Made by a program: the position numbers and the translations under genes. From the NCBI RefSeq assembly GCF_008000775.2, contig NZ_CP042905.2, forward strand, positions 780,001 to 812,000: a DNA stretch of 32,000 bases, written 5' to 3'. Source of the DNA: Promethearchaeum syntrophicum. Its GTDB lineage: Archaea; Asgardarchaeota; Lokiarchaeia; Sigyniarchaeales; Promethearchaeaceae. Of this stretch, positions 1 to 8,884 are shown in pieces. The notes below the pieces were generated by a model. That model ran no database searches. It was given only the letters and a program-made list of their open reading frames with translations, and had not been told where the DNA came from. The first letter of the stretch is position 1, and the number at the start of each line of letters is the position of its first letter.

Positions 1-1038
1 CCTTTTTTTGATGAAAAACTAAAACCAAATTGCAGAAATTATAAAAAAATATTAACAAACATAGTAGAGATCATTAGTAAATTTAATAATTTAAATGGGA
101 AAATTTCAATTAATTTTGAATATCTACCTTATATTGAATATTCTATAAAAATTGCTCAGATTTTTGCAGAGAAAGATGTACTTAGGGTAAATATAAATTC
201 AAAATTGAAGAACTATGAATCCGGAGCAATACCAACTGAAATCAAGGAAGAAATTTCTAAAAATCTAAAATTTTTCAAACAAAAAATCAAATATCTATTA
301 ATAGAATACGAAAGATTATGGAAATTTTGTGCGAAGGAACCGAATCTTCAATATCCGTTAACAAAATTTAAAAATCTATATAAATTTATTGAAGAGAAAG
401 AAAAACAAATAGAAAATGATATCACTTTTATAAATCCACTATTACCTTCAGCTTATATCTGGACTAATGAACGTATTTCCTATCCAAAATCAAGGTATTT
501 TCGAAAAGAAATCTATATTGAGGGGAAAATCTTAGAAGCAAAAATTCAAGCAATTATTGGCAATTTTGGTCATATTTCCATTAATGGGGAATATATTGGA
601 ACTGTTTCAAGTCGTTTTTCGCTTTCAATTCTGCCTTTGAAAAATTCAATTCGCGTTTTTGATATTAAAAACCATTTAAAAACAGGGAAAAATATAATTG
701 AGATAGATGCTAACCATTATCTCGAAACTAAGGGATTTTTAAATATATATATGGTGTATAAAGAAGAAAAATTAGATAAATCGATTCTAAATCACGAAAT
801 TATATCTGATTCTTCATGGATGTATATTTATGATAAAACCCCAATTGAAAAAAAATGGAAAAGTGTCAAAGTTCTCGGTTATTCACCAAAAATTAATAGT
901 TATATATACAAACCTTCTTTACTTGATGGAGAAAGAAGTTATACCGAGGATACCTTTGGTTTTAAAAATCGCTATTATTTCATTTCTCTAATATTTGGAA
1001 AATTTCTTGCCAAAATTATTCGATTTTTCATAGCTTAA
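1..1038 (+). CDS. Hypothetical protein, 5'-truncated by the window edge. The C-terminal half resembles a galactose-binding-like beta-sandwich (rhamnosidase-N / GH2 sugar-binding type) and ends in a hydrophobic tail.
   Basis: Frame +1 is open from nt 1. I translated 1-204 as PFFDEKLKPNCRNYKK...DVLRVNINSK with no stop, so the TTG start at 205 in the ORF track is an edge artefact. The stretch YIWTNE..RYFRKEIYIEGKILEAKIQAIIGNFGHISINGEYIGTV fits the W...YFRK.F...A.L.I.A.G.Y.l.iNG..vG pattern of these domains, by eye only. Confidence 0.5.
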   Translation, partial: PFFDEKLKPNCRNYKKILTNIVEIISKFNNLNGKISINFEYLPYIEYSIKIAQIFAEKDVLRVNINSKLKNYESGAIPTEIKEEISKNLKFFKQKIKYLLIEYERLWKFCAKEPNLQYPLTKFKNLYKFIEEKEKQIENDITFINPLLPSAYIWTNERISYPKSRYFRKEIYIEGKILEAKIQAIIGNFGHISINGEYIGTVSSRFSLSILPLKNSIRVFDIKNHLKTGKNIIEIDANHYLETKGFLNIYMVYKEEKLDKSILNHEIISDSSWMYIYDKTPIEKKWKSVKVLGYSPKINSYIYKPSLLDGERSYTEDTFGFKNRYYFISLIFGKFLAKIIRFFIA

Positions 1039-1088
1039 CACAAGATAAGATAAAATTTTTTTACTTAGTATTTCTTAATCCATTTAAT

Positions 1089-2426
1089 ATGGAACTTTTG
1101 TTTATAGATTGTGAATATTCGGGCATTTCAGGGGATTTATTGTTATCAAGCTTAAGTTCCATAATAGGAATTGATAAAGTAAAAGCTTATCTCGAAAAAA
1201 TTTTAAATAATCTCCCAGTAAAGCAAAATTTTTCAATGGATTTCATATCTAAGAAAACCAATGGTATTATAGGAAATTATTTCAATTTTCAAATAAAAAA
1301 TCACGATTTAAATTCTCATCTAGCTACAATTTCTTCCAAAAAAGATCAAAATTTTGTTGTTCGTCCAGAAAAACATGACCATTCTACATATAAAATTCAG
1401 GATATGAGAAAAGATCTTAATTTAGCATTAAATTTATTTGATTCCAAAGAAACTACTAAGGAAGTTGCACGAATTGCTTTGGAAAAGATTTTTTCTGCGG
1501 AATCTCAAGTTCATGGTATTCCATTAGAGGAAGTTCATCTACATGAAATTGGATCAATAGATACAATTATCGATATATCTGGTACTATGTTCTGTCTTCA
1601 AGAATTGGGAGTATTTAATGAAACTAACAATACACAAATTTTTATTTCACCAGTTAACGTTGGAAATGGAAAAATTAAAACTGCACACGGAATAATGCAA
1701 GTTCCTGCTCCCGCTACCGCTAAAATATTAGAATTAAACCAAATTAGCTTTATTTTTGGCGCAGTCAATTTTGAACTTGCGACACCTACTGGGGTTGCGA
1801 TATTAGCTAGTCTTAAAGAATTAAAATTACTTTCAGAAAAAAAACCAACGTTTCCATATAAAATAAAAAAAATTGGAAAGGGTGTTGGAACTTATGACTT
1901 ACCAAATCAAGCAAATTTATTACGAGTTTTTTATGGATATAAAGAAAATTTGACCTATAATGACAATAAAACAAATCGTTATTCAACAATTTACACTTTA
2001 AAAACGAATATTGATGATATTCGGGGTGAAATACTCGGATTTCTAATTACAAAATTGATGGAGAAAGGCGCTTTAGATGTTACCATTATTCCAACCATAA
2101 CAAAGAAAAATAGACCGGGTTATCTTATTACGGTCATTACCAATAAAGATAAAATTGATATTCTGACAGAATTGTTGATCAAAGAAACGGGAACTTTAGG
2201 AGTTAGAATACTAAAAGAACAGAGATATTGTTTGAAGAGAAAGATTCAAGAGCATAAAATTTCTATTGAAGGAAATGATTTTGTAATACATGAAAAAATA
2301 GCTATGGACCACAATGGAACTATCATCAAAAAAAAAATAGAATTTGAAGATCTCAAAAATGTCGCTGATAAATTACATCTTTCTATTCGTGAAGTTGAAA
2401 ATTTACTTAGAAATTTAATTAAGTGA
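1089..2426 (+). CDS. larC: LarC-family nickel insertion protein (DUF111; pyridinium-3,5-bisthiocarboxylic acid mononucleotide nickel chelatase)
   Basis: ATG start, 445 aa. The N-terminal LFIDCEYSGISGDLLLSSL matches the DxxxGxSGDM motif. HLHEIGSIDTIIDISG matches the HxHEVGxxDxIxDIxG motif. The C-terminal TITKKNRPGYLITVI...ETGTLGVRI block is typical of LarC/DUF111. Confidence 0.85.
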   Translation: MELLFIDCEYSGISGDLLLSSLSSIIGIDKVKAYLEKILNNLPVKQNFSMDFISKKTNGIIGNYFNFQIKNHDLNSHLATISSKKDQNFVVRPEKHDHSTYKIQDMRKDLNLALNLFDSKETTKEVARIALEKIFSAESQVHGIPLEEVHLHEIGSIDTIIDISGTMFCLQELGVFNETNNTQIFISPVNVGNGKIKTAHGIMQVPAPATAKILELNQISFIFGAVNFELATPTGVAILASLKELKLLSEKKPTFPYKIKKIGKGVGTYDLPNQANLLRVFYGYKENLTYNDNKTNRYSTIYTLKTNIDDIRGEILGFLITKLMEKGALDVTIIPTITKKNRPGYLITVITNKDKIDILTELLIKETGTLGVRILKEQRYCLKRKIQEHKISIEGNDFVIHEKIAMDHNGTIIKKKIEFEDLKNVADKLHLSIREVENLLRNLIK

Positions 2427-2487
2427 TTATCTAGTAAAAATTATTAAATATTTGTGATGATTTTAATAAAAGTATACTAAGTAGGAT

Positions 2488-2949
2488 TTGATTTTTATTC
2501 CAATAATTAGCTTCAATATTTCAGATAATCTGAAGATGTTCCTTAAACGCATGGTTACCAAAGAGGAATATAAAAATAATTCATACGTTATTCGAGAAGC
2601 GCTTATTCGGTTAATGAATGAGAAAGATGGTGCGCTAAGTGGGACTGGGGCTATTGATGTTGAAAGCGAAAGTCAATTAGATCCTTCATCTTTACTCCCA
2701 AAATTGTCAGCTAGTTTACTAGTTTCAATTAAAGAGGGAGATTCTAAAACTGAGAAGAAAATCAATAAACTTGAAATAAGTTATCATGATACGATAGTTC
2801 ATAAAATATCTTTTAATATTGCAGGTTTTAAGACACTTACTTATATTTTAGAGAATAATTTACCCGTTATCCAAAGTTTTATTACAGAATTGAATTCTCT
2901 CAAAGATTTGCAATCTTTCAGATATATTATCAACACACCTGAAGAATAA
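2488..2949 (+). CDS. NikR-architecture transcription regulator: N-terminal ribbon-helix-helix plus a C-terminal ACT-like domain, with the nickel-ligand residues apparently not conserved
   Basis: TTG is the only start candidate. IISFNISDNLKMFLKRMVTKEEYKNNSYVIREALIRLM aligns by eye with the NikR RHH ([39 protein letters not shown] in the Pyrococcus protein, from memory). The C-terminal beta-alpha-beta-beta-alpha-beta pattern (LLVSI / TEKKINKLEISYHDTI / HKISFNI / KTLTYILEN / VIQSFITELNSLKDL / SFRYII) parallels the NikR metal-binding domain. Confidence 0.5.
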   Translation: MIFIPIISFNISDNLKMFLKRMVTKEEYKNNSYVIREALIRLMNEKDGALSGTGAIDVESESQLDPSSLLPKLSASLLVSIKEGDSKTEKKINKLEISYHDTIVHKISFNIAGFKTLTYILENNLPVIQSFITELNSLKDLQSFRYIINTPEE

Positions 2950-2952
2950 AAA

Positions 2953-3933
2953 TCAATATTTCTTTTTCAATAAACTATAAAAAAATGCATCCATATCATC
3001 CCGATTAGGGTATATTCTACGTGTTTTAAGAAGTTCCATTCCGAAACTTTTATTTTCTATATTATTAAAACCAGGATGGCCAAAATCTGCATTGGGCTCA
3101 ATTATTTCAATATTTCTATATTTTTTAAGAATTTCTGCAATTAATTCTTCATTTTCTTGATAGTGAAAAGAACAAGTGGAATACATTAGAAGACCTCCAG
3201 GTTTCAGCATTTCAATAGCAGATTTTAATAAGCTCTTTTGGATTTGCACCATTCTTTTGATATTTAGATCATTTTTAGCCTTTTTTATATGAGGATCCAC
3301 ACGAATTATTCCGCTTCCCGTACAAGGAGCGTCCAATAGGATTTTATCAGGAATAAACATGGGTTTGAGAAATTTTGCAATTTGACTCGAATCATACGGA
3401 AAAATCACACAATTATTGATACCCATGCGTTTTACATTAGAACTTAAAGCTGCAATCCTAGATTCCTTATTATCAATTGCTATAATTAGGCCTTCTTGTT
3501 TCAAAAATTGACCTATTTGTGTTGTTTTACTCCCAGGTGCTGCACACATATCTAAAATATTATCCCCCGGTTCAGGGTAAAGCAAATGAACAGGGACCAT
3601 AGATGCTAAACTTTGCATATAATAGAATCCTTGAAGATATTCATGAGTATTTCCAAGCCCTATTCTACTTTGGGATGAATCTACTTGAAATGCATAGTCA
3701 AATTGTGTTGGTTTTACACGAAAACCTTTTTTTTCTAATAATATTTTTAGTTTTTCTGGAGTTATTTTAAGAGTATTTATTCTAATCGTTTCACGAGGTT
3801 GTCGGCTAAATGCATTGATTACCGCTAAATGTTCATCCGGAAAATTGATCATTATTTGCTTGATCATAAATGGAGCATAATTGTATCTCTCTGCCAATTC
3901 AAGTATTTTATCAGAATATTGTGGATCTGTCAT
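2953..3933 (-). CDS. NOL1/NOP2/Sun-family RNA (cytosine-C5)-methyltransferase
   Basis: 326 aa with an ATG start. SAM motif DMCAAPGSKTTQI. Catalytic motifs LDAPCTGSG (motif IV, PC) and YSTCS (motif VI, TC). Confidence 0.85.
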   Translation of the reverse strand: MTDPQYSDKILELAERYNYAPFMIKQIMINFPDEHLAVINAFSRQPRETIRINTLKITPEKLKILLEKKGFRVKPTQFDYAFQVDSSQSRIGLGNTHEYLQGFYYMQSLASMVPVHLLYPEPGDNILDMCAAPGSKTTQIGQFLKQEGLIIAIDNKESRIAALSSNVKRMGINNCVIFPYDSSQIAKFLKPMFIPDKILLDAPCTGSGIIRVDPHIKKAKNDLNIKRMVQIQKSLLKSAIEMLKPGGLLMYSTCSFHYQENEELIAEILKKYRNIEIIEPNADFGHPGFNNIENKSFGMELLKTRRIYPNRDDMDAFFYSLLKKKY

Positions 3934-3935
3934 TT

Positions 3936-4703
3936 TTATCCCCCTCTTCGTAAATAATATCCTGCATCGGTCAAGTTAATAAGTGAAACATTAAAATTCT
4001 GGGATCGGCTATGAACATCCCATTTTTTTTGTCCGGGCTCTTCAGGTTTTTTTTGTCCTGCTTGTTTTACTAATAATAATGCAATTCCAATGTAATTATC
4101 ATTTTGATTTATTACAAAAATTATTTTTTTCTTAATAAGTTTAGACGTATTGCTTAAAGCATCCTCAAAATCAATATCTGATCCATAAAGAAAGGATCTT
4201 TCTCCTTTTCCATTCAATTTGATTGTTTGAATGTCTTTAAGTAATTCGGGATGGTCGTTTACAATAAAGTCATAAATAAATCGTCCCCCTTCATAGGAAA
4301 GGAAAAATGCTCTCACATATCCAGAATGAGTTCTTTTCGGACGCACGTATCCTAAATGAATACCTGCATGCATTAAAGGTAAATCTCTTGAAAGTTTTTT
4401 TACCATCTTACTCATAGATGTTGGAACAAGAAAAACATCTCGAGTTTTTCCCTCAAATTGATATAATACGTAGTTATTACTTTGTGCAAATAGATCATAT
4501 AAATTTAATGCAATGGTTTTAAAATAATCTCTAATCATCTGTATATTTGTTGAATTTAAGGTAACAAATTTTGTTTCACGCATTAAATTGCGATTATTAT
4601 ATGATTTGGATTTTTTTTTTGGAGGATTTTTTCTTTGTTTGTTAAATTTCTTGTCTTTTGGTCTGGTCGAGCCTTTAAAATCCTTCCTACCATTACGTTC
4701 CAT
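3936..4703 (-). CDS. nip7: Nip7-like PUA-domain ribosome-biogenesis protein with a ~45-aa Lys/Arg-rich N-terminal extension
   Basis: 255 aa. Its stop lies 2 nt upstream of the NOP2-family start. By eye it aligns with eukaryotic NIP7: [22 protein letters not shown] vs [42 protein letters not shown] vs [35 protein letters not shown] vs [31 protein letters not shown] vs HQADIGEYVRHE. Confidence 0.65.
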   Translation of the reverse strand: [255 protein letters not shown]

Positions 4704-4740
4704 TTTTTATTATCGATAGTTTAAAATGTTGCATAGCCAA

Positions 4741-5196
4741 TTAATTTTTCTTCACAAATTTCGAAACGAATTTCACAGCAAATAGCAAACCATTAAATAC
4801 ACCAGTTATGATACTGGCATAGAAACCCGCTTCGGGCCACCATTCATAGTCAGAATATACAATACCAAATCCTACTAATCCAACAATGGAAAAAATAATT
4901 GTTCCAATTGCAAAAAGCAATCCCACAAGAGAAAGATCAATTTTTATTAATTGTTTTGGAAGGATCTCATTTAAAACTACAATAATTTGCCCTAATATCG
5001 ATAAAAGAATTATTACTATAGATGCAATATCTATGAACGTTCCGTATTCACAAAATAAGCACGAATATCTTTCACCCGTGTAATATCCAGTTAGCCAAAA
5101 TCCCGCAAATTTAGAAAATAAAACTACTAAAAATCCAATAAAGCTTATTCCTAAAATTGGGAATAAAATGAATTTTCTCACGTCATATTTTTCCAT
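4741..5196 (-). CDS. Small integral membrane protein (about 4 TM helices), function unknown
   Basis: 151 aa with an ATG start and four long hydrophobic segments. The antisense ORF 4886..5083 is the mirror of these segments. Confidence 0.6.
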   Translation of the reverse strand: MEKYDVRKFILFPILGISFIGFLVVLFSKFAGFWLTGYYTGERYSCLFCEYGTFIDIASIVIILLSILGQIIVVLNEILPKQLIKIDLSLVGLLFAIGTIIFSIVGLVGFGIVYSDYEWWPEAGFYASIITGVFNGLLFAVKFVSKFVKKN

Positions 5197-5370
5197 AAAG
5201 TTTCTTTGTTGGTTTTATTTAAAATTCTTTAGATTATAATCCAAAGCAAATAAAGTAACTAAAAGTTATCAAAAACCTCTCAATTTTTAACTCAAATCAT
5301 TTTTATAGTTGAATTTCGTTGATTATTTTGGAAGAAGTAGGATAAATCTGATTTGTGTTGGTGGAAAAAT

Positions 5371-5805
5371 ATGGTAAATAAAATGGTTGCTAAAAAAGAT
5401 GTGAAAGAGATGCTTGACTTTCTAATTAATGATCGGGAAATGATTTCTAAAATAAAATATAATCAATGGAAGGAAATGCATCAAACAATATCAAATGTTA
5501 CTGATATAATTGAAGAAGAACTTAAAGATTGGCATGGATCCCAAAAATTTGTTGTAAAAGGAGTAGAAATCCTCTATAAATTGCGAAAACAAACAGATGA
5601 ATTTATTAAATTATGTGAAGAACGCTATAAATTGAATAAGGGTTGGAAAGGCACCACTGGAGATTGCGCAGATGCATTTGATAATTATAGAAAAGAAACC
5701 ATCCCTCTCATTCTTACTGTATCAAGTCATTTAGAATCTGATAATCGGTTACGTTTGGAAATTGAAGAAAAATTACGTGAACACAATTACCCAGTTCTTT
5801 CTTAA
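5371..5805 (+). CDS. Hypothetical, predominantly helical soluble protein
   Basis: Coding-like K/E-rich composition. I prefer ATG 5371 (MVNKMVAKK...) to the TTG at 5353 in the track. No recognisable motif. Confidence 0.45.
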   Translation: MVNKMVAKKDVKEMLDFLINDREMISKIKYNQWKEMHQTISNVTDIIEEELKDWHGSQKFVVKGVEILYKLRKQTDEFIKLCEERYKLNKGWKGTTGDCADAFDNYRKETIPLILTVSSHLESDNRLRLEIEEKLREHNYPVLS

Positions 5806-5819
5806 GAAAGAAAAAAAAT

Positions 5820-6635
5820 TTAAACAGGAATATCCCGTTTATTAAACAGCAATATTGAGGCATTAATCAGAACCACAGAATACCCAATTAGGATTAGGAA
5901 ATCTCTTACGACATTTTCATAACTATGGGAAACTATAATTCTCGAGGGATCATAGTAAAAAAATAGACTAAGGTACTTAATATTTTGAATCCCCTCATCG
6001 AAAAAGCTATAAAAAGTGCCTATTATAAAGAATAAAACTAGAATCCCAAATGCAATCCCAGTTGATTGTTTTCTTGTAAGAAAGACTGAAAAAAAGAAAG
6101 CTGTAGTAGTTAAAGATACTAAGAATACAAAAGCCCATGTTAATCCCCAAAAGAATTCAACCAGATTAATATCCTGATCTTGAAGATTGGGGGCAAATTC
6201 TATAAATAGAAAGGTTAAAATTCCAATAAAAACCATAACAAAGAAAATTGAAAAAACAAATCTCATATATCTCCCGAGTACAAATTCCCATCGTTTCAAT
6301 GGTTTACTTAAGGTTAGATCAATCGTCTTATTTTCTATAGTTGAAGGTATATCCTGTCCCGCTTGTAAGATAAAATAAATTCCAAGCCATATCCAAATCA
6401 TAGCAAGAAATTCTACTGTATAAAATCCTCCAAATGTTGCCAGATCTAATGCTCCGCCTATCATTTCCATGATAAAATCGGGATAGTTAGCTAACACTTC
6501 GTCCATACCCGCAAAGAGGTCTGGATCAAAAATAGATGAAATCATTATTACAAAAATTGACATAAAAAGCGATACCTTTAATATTCCTTTAAAGCTCTTT
6601 TTGATTTCAATTACTGCAATTGTATGCAATTTCAT
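5820..6635 (-). CDS. ABC-2 type transporter permease
   Basis: 271 aa with about 6 hydrophobic segments. Its start overlaps the stop of the upstream ABC ATPase by 4 nt (6632-6635), the typical ABC-2 exporter arrangement. Confidence 0.7.
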   Translation of the reverse strand: MKLHTIAVIEIKKSFKGILKVSLFMSIFVIMISSIFDPDLFAGMDEVLANYPDFIMEMIGGALDLATFGGFYTVEFLAMIWIWLGIYFILQAGQDIPSTIENKTIDLTLSKPLKRWEFVLGRYMRFVFSIFFVMVFIGILTFLFIEFAPNLQDQDINLVEFFWGLTWAFVFLVSLTTTAFFFSVFLTRKQSTGIAFGILVLFFIIGTFYSFFDEGIQNIKYLSLFFYYDPSRIIVSHSYENVVRDFLILIGYSVVLINASILLFNKRDIPV

Positions 6636-7609
6636 TCACTTCTCTCCTCCAATTTTTGAGTGTTATCTACGTCATAATATTTCATAAATATCTCTTCCAG
6701 ACTTGAATTGTTGATATTGAAATCTTTTATAAATTCTCCAGCCCATTTCTTTTCACTAATAATATTTAATAAAAGTCTTTTTTTATCTGGTGGAATTAAA
6801 ATTTCTATGTTAGTATAACTCTGCGATTTGATGGAAGCATTTGGACATTCACTTTGAAGATATTTTGAAAACTCTATCAAGCCATCGTTTGACGCGAACT
6901 CTAATTGAAAACTTTTCAAACCTTTCTGTTTTAGTTCGGAAATATCTGAAATCTCCACTATTTTGCCATTGCGGATAATTGCGACTCGATGACAATTATT
7001 TTCGACTTCAGAAAGGATATGTGAGCAAATAAATATTGTACAATTCGTCTTTTCTTGCTTTTCTTTCAAAATATCAAAGAATTCTGCTTGAATTAGAGGA
7101 TCCAAACCCGCAGTTGGCTCATCTAAAATTAATAATTCAAAATCACCCATGAAAGCGGTGAGTATTCCTACTTTTTGTTTGTTTCCTTTACTAAGTACTT
7201 GGATTGGTCGAGAAACATCTAATTTTAATCGTTTAGCAATTTTTAAAATCTCATCTAAGTCGAAAGAAATATCATACAACTTACTTAAATATTTACAAAT
7301 TTCAATAGCATTCAATTCAGGATCTAAACCTAGTTCCCCTGGAATATAACCAATATGGTTGCGATAAGCAGTATCTTTATTGGGGTTGATCTTTTTACCT
7401 AAAATTGCAATTTCTCCTTCTACTCCTCTTAAAAGACCTAAAATTGCTCGAATAGTAGTGGTTTTCCCCGCCCCATTCGGTCCAAGAAAACCAAATCGCT
7501 CTCCCTTTAAAACGCTGAAAGATATATCATCTACAGCTTTTACAACTTTCTTTCTAGATTTATAATATTTAACCAATTTGTCTACTCGTATTGCTTCCAG
7601 TTTATTCAC
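6632..7609 (-). CDS. ABC transporter ATP-binding protein (ABC-2/DrrA-like, with a C-terminal accessory domain)
   Basis: Walker A GPNGAGKTTT, signature LSKGNKQKVG, Walker B LLILDEPTAGLD, H-loop CSHIL. There is a ~100-aa C-terminal extension. Confidence 0.9.
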   Translation of the reverse strand: MNKLEAIRVDKLVKYYKSRKKVVKAVDDISFSVLKGERFGFLGPNGAGKTTTIRAILGLLRGVEGEIAILGKKINPNKDTAYRNHIGYIPGELGLDPELNAIEICKYLSKLYDISFDLDEILKIAKRLKLDVSRPIQVLSKGNKQKVGILTAFMGDFELLILDEPTAGLDPLIQAEFFDILKEKQEKTNCTIFICSHILSEVENNCHRVAIIRNGKIVEISDISELKQKGLKSFQLEFASNDGLIEFSKYLQSECPNASIKSQSYTNIEILIPPDKKRLLLNIISEKKWAGEFIKDFNINNSSLEEIFMKYYDVDNTQKLEERSE

Positions 7610-8801
7610 CTAAATGATAAATAACAAGCCCTGAAAGCACTTTAGGTTCAAACCATGTGCTTTTCGGAGGCATAACTCCTCCAAGATCTGCAATAGATTC
7701 TAAATCACGAATATTAACGGCATAAAGATTGAAAAATAAATCATTTCCCTTTTCTGTTACATATTTTTCCATTTCTTTTGGATCATCTAATCCTCCAACA
7801 AAGAAGATATTTTTATGAGTGCGAGGATCCTCGATTCCAAGAACTGGGCTAAACAATTTATCTTGAAGAATGGCAACATCTAATGAATCTCTTATGTTTG
7901 CAAATTTCTTGCTTTTTACTTCTAATTTATACCATTTTCCTTTACAACATAAGGCTACTTCATGTTTTTCCTTTGGATTAAATCCCTCAGTAACTGGGAT
8001 TATACAGTAAATTTCATTAAGTCTTTTCATGAAATCTTCTTCAGTTATCGGTAATTTCCTAATAACTCTATTATATGCCATTACTTTAATTTGATCATCT
8101 GATGAAACATAATTTAACAAATATTCCCAAGGTTCTTTACCTGTCGGTTTTTTACCTTCTTTTATTTTTAGTTTTCGATATTCATTTGCACTAGCACACC
8201 GATGATGACCATCCGCAATATATAATTTTTCGTTTTTGAACAGATTTTTTAGTTTTTGGATAATTTCAGGATCAGATTCCTTCCATAAAATTTGTCTATA
8301 TCCATATTTTTGAAAATCATATAATGGATCCTGTTTCTTAATATCTTCCATAACAGAATTTATTTTTTCATTAGATTTATATACGTTCCACACTAATCCA
8401 GCAGCCATATGAGTAATAGTTATATGTTTTGTTCGATCTGCTAACGGTTTTGCTCGTGTATATTCATGTTTAAGAATTCCCTTTCCATTATCGTAATCTT
8501 CCAAGGAACTCCCCATAATAAACCCTTGTTGGCTAAAATTAGGTGATTCTTGTCGATAAACAAATATTGATTGAATTTTTTCTTGAATAATTGCATTATT
8601 TTCCTTTAATTGAACCAACGCTTTCTTAGCATTTTCATATACTTCATCACCAGTTCCATCGGGTAGGATCAGATGAATAAGCGAGTTTGGGTTCTTCTTC
8701 AACTCCAATTCTTCTTGTTGGTCTATAATATCATAAGGATTTGTGCAAAATTCCTTTGGGTTTTTTGGAAGAAATGGTTTTATTGGAGATATTCTTACCA
8801 T
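7602..8801 (-). CDS. DUF1015 family protein
   Basis: YIADGHHRCASA matches the family-defining DGHHR motif, and length and N-terminus (MVRISPIKPFLP) fit. I prefer ATG 8801 to the TTG at 8813. The 3' end overlaps the ABC ATPase start by 8 nt. Confidence 0.7.
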   Translation of the reverse strand: MVRISPIKPFLPKNPKEFCTNPYDIIDQQEELELKKNPNSLIHLILPDGTGDEVYENAKKALVQLKENNAIIQEKIQSIFVYRQESPNFSQQGFIMGSSLEDYDNGKGILKHEYTRAKPLADRTKHITITHMAAGLVWNVYKSNEKINSVMEDIKKQDPLYDFQKYGYRQILWKESDPEIIQKLKNLFKNEKLYIADGHHRCASANEYRKLKIKEGKKPTGKEPWEYLLNYVSSDDQIKVMAYNRVIRKLPITEEDFMKRLNEIYCIIPVTEGFNPKEKHEVALCCKGKWYKLEVKSKKFANIRDSLDVAILQDKLFSPVLGIEDPRTHKNIFFVGGLDDPKEMEKYVTEKGNDLFFNLYAVNIRDLESIADLGGVMPPKSTWFEPKVLSGLVIYHLGE

Positions 8802-8884
8802 AAATAAGTTCAATTATCCAATTTTTTTCAATTTTTTGTTTAGGCAAAATTTTTTTACTTGTAATCATTTAACATAATAGAGAA

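Noticed and set aside
2454-2460. TGATGA boxes at 2454-2460 and 26209-26215 as C/D-box sRNA C boxes
   Set aside because: No CTGA D or D' box lies at the appropriate 10-12 nt or ~50-60 nt spacing, and there is no terminal stem. The second instance is just the double stop codon of the preceding ORF.
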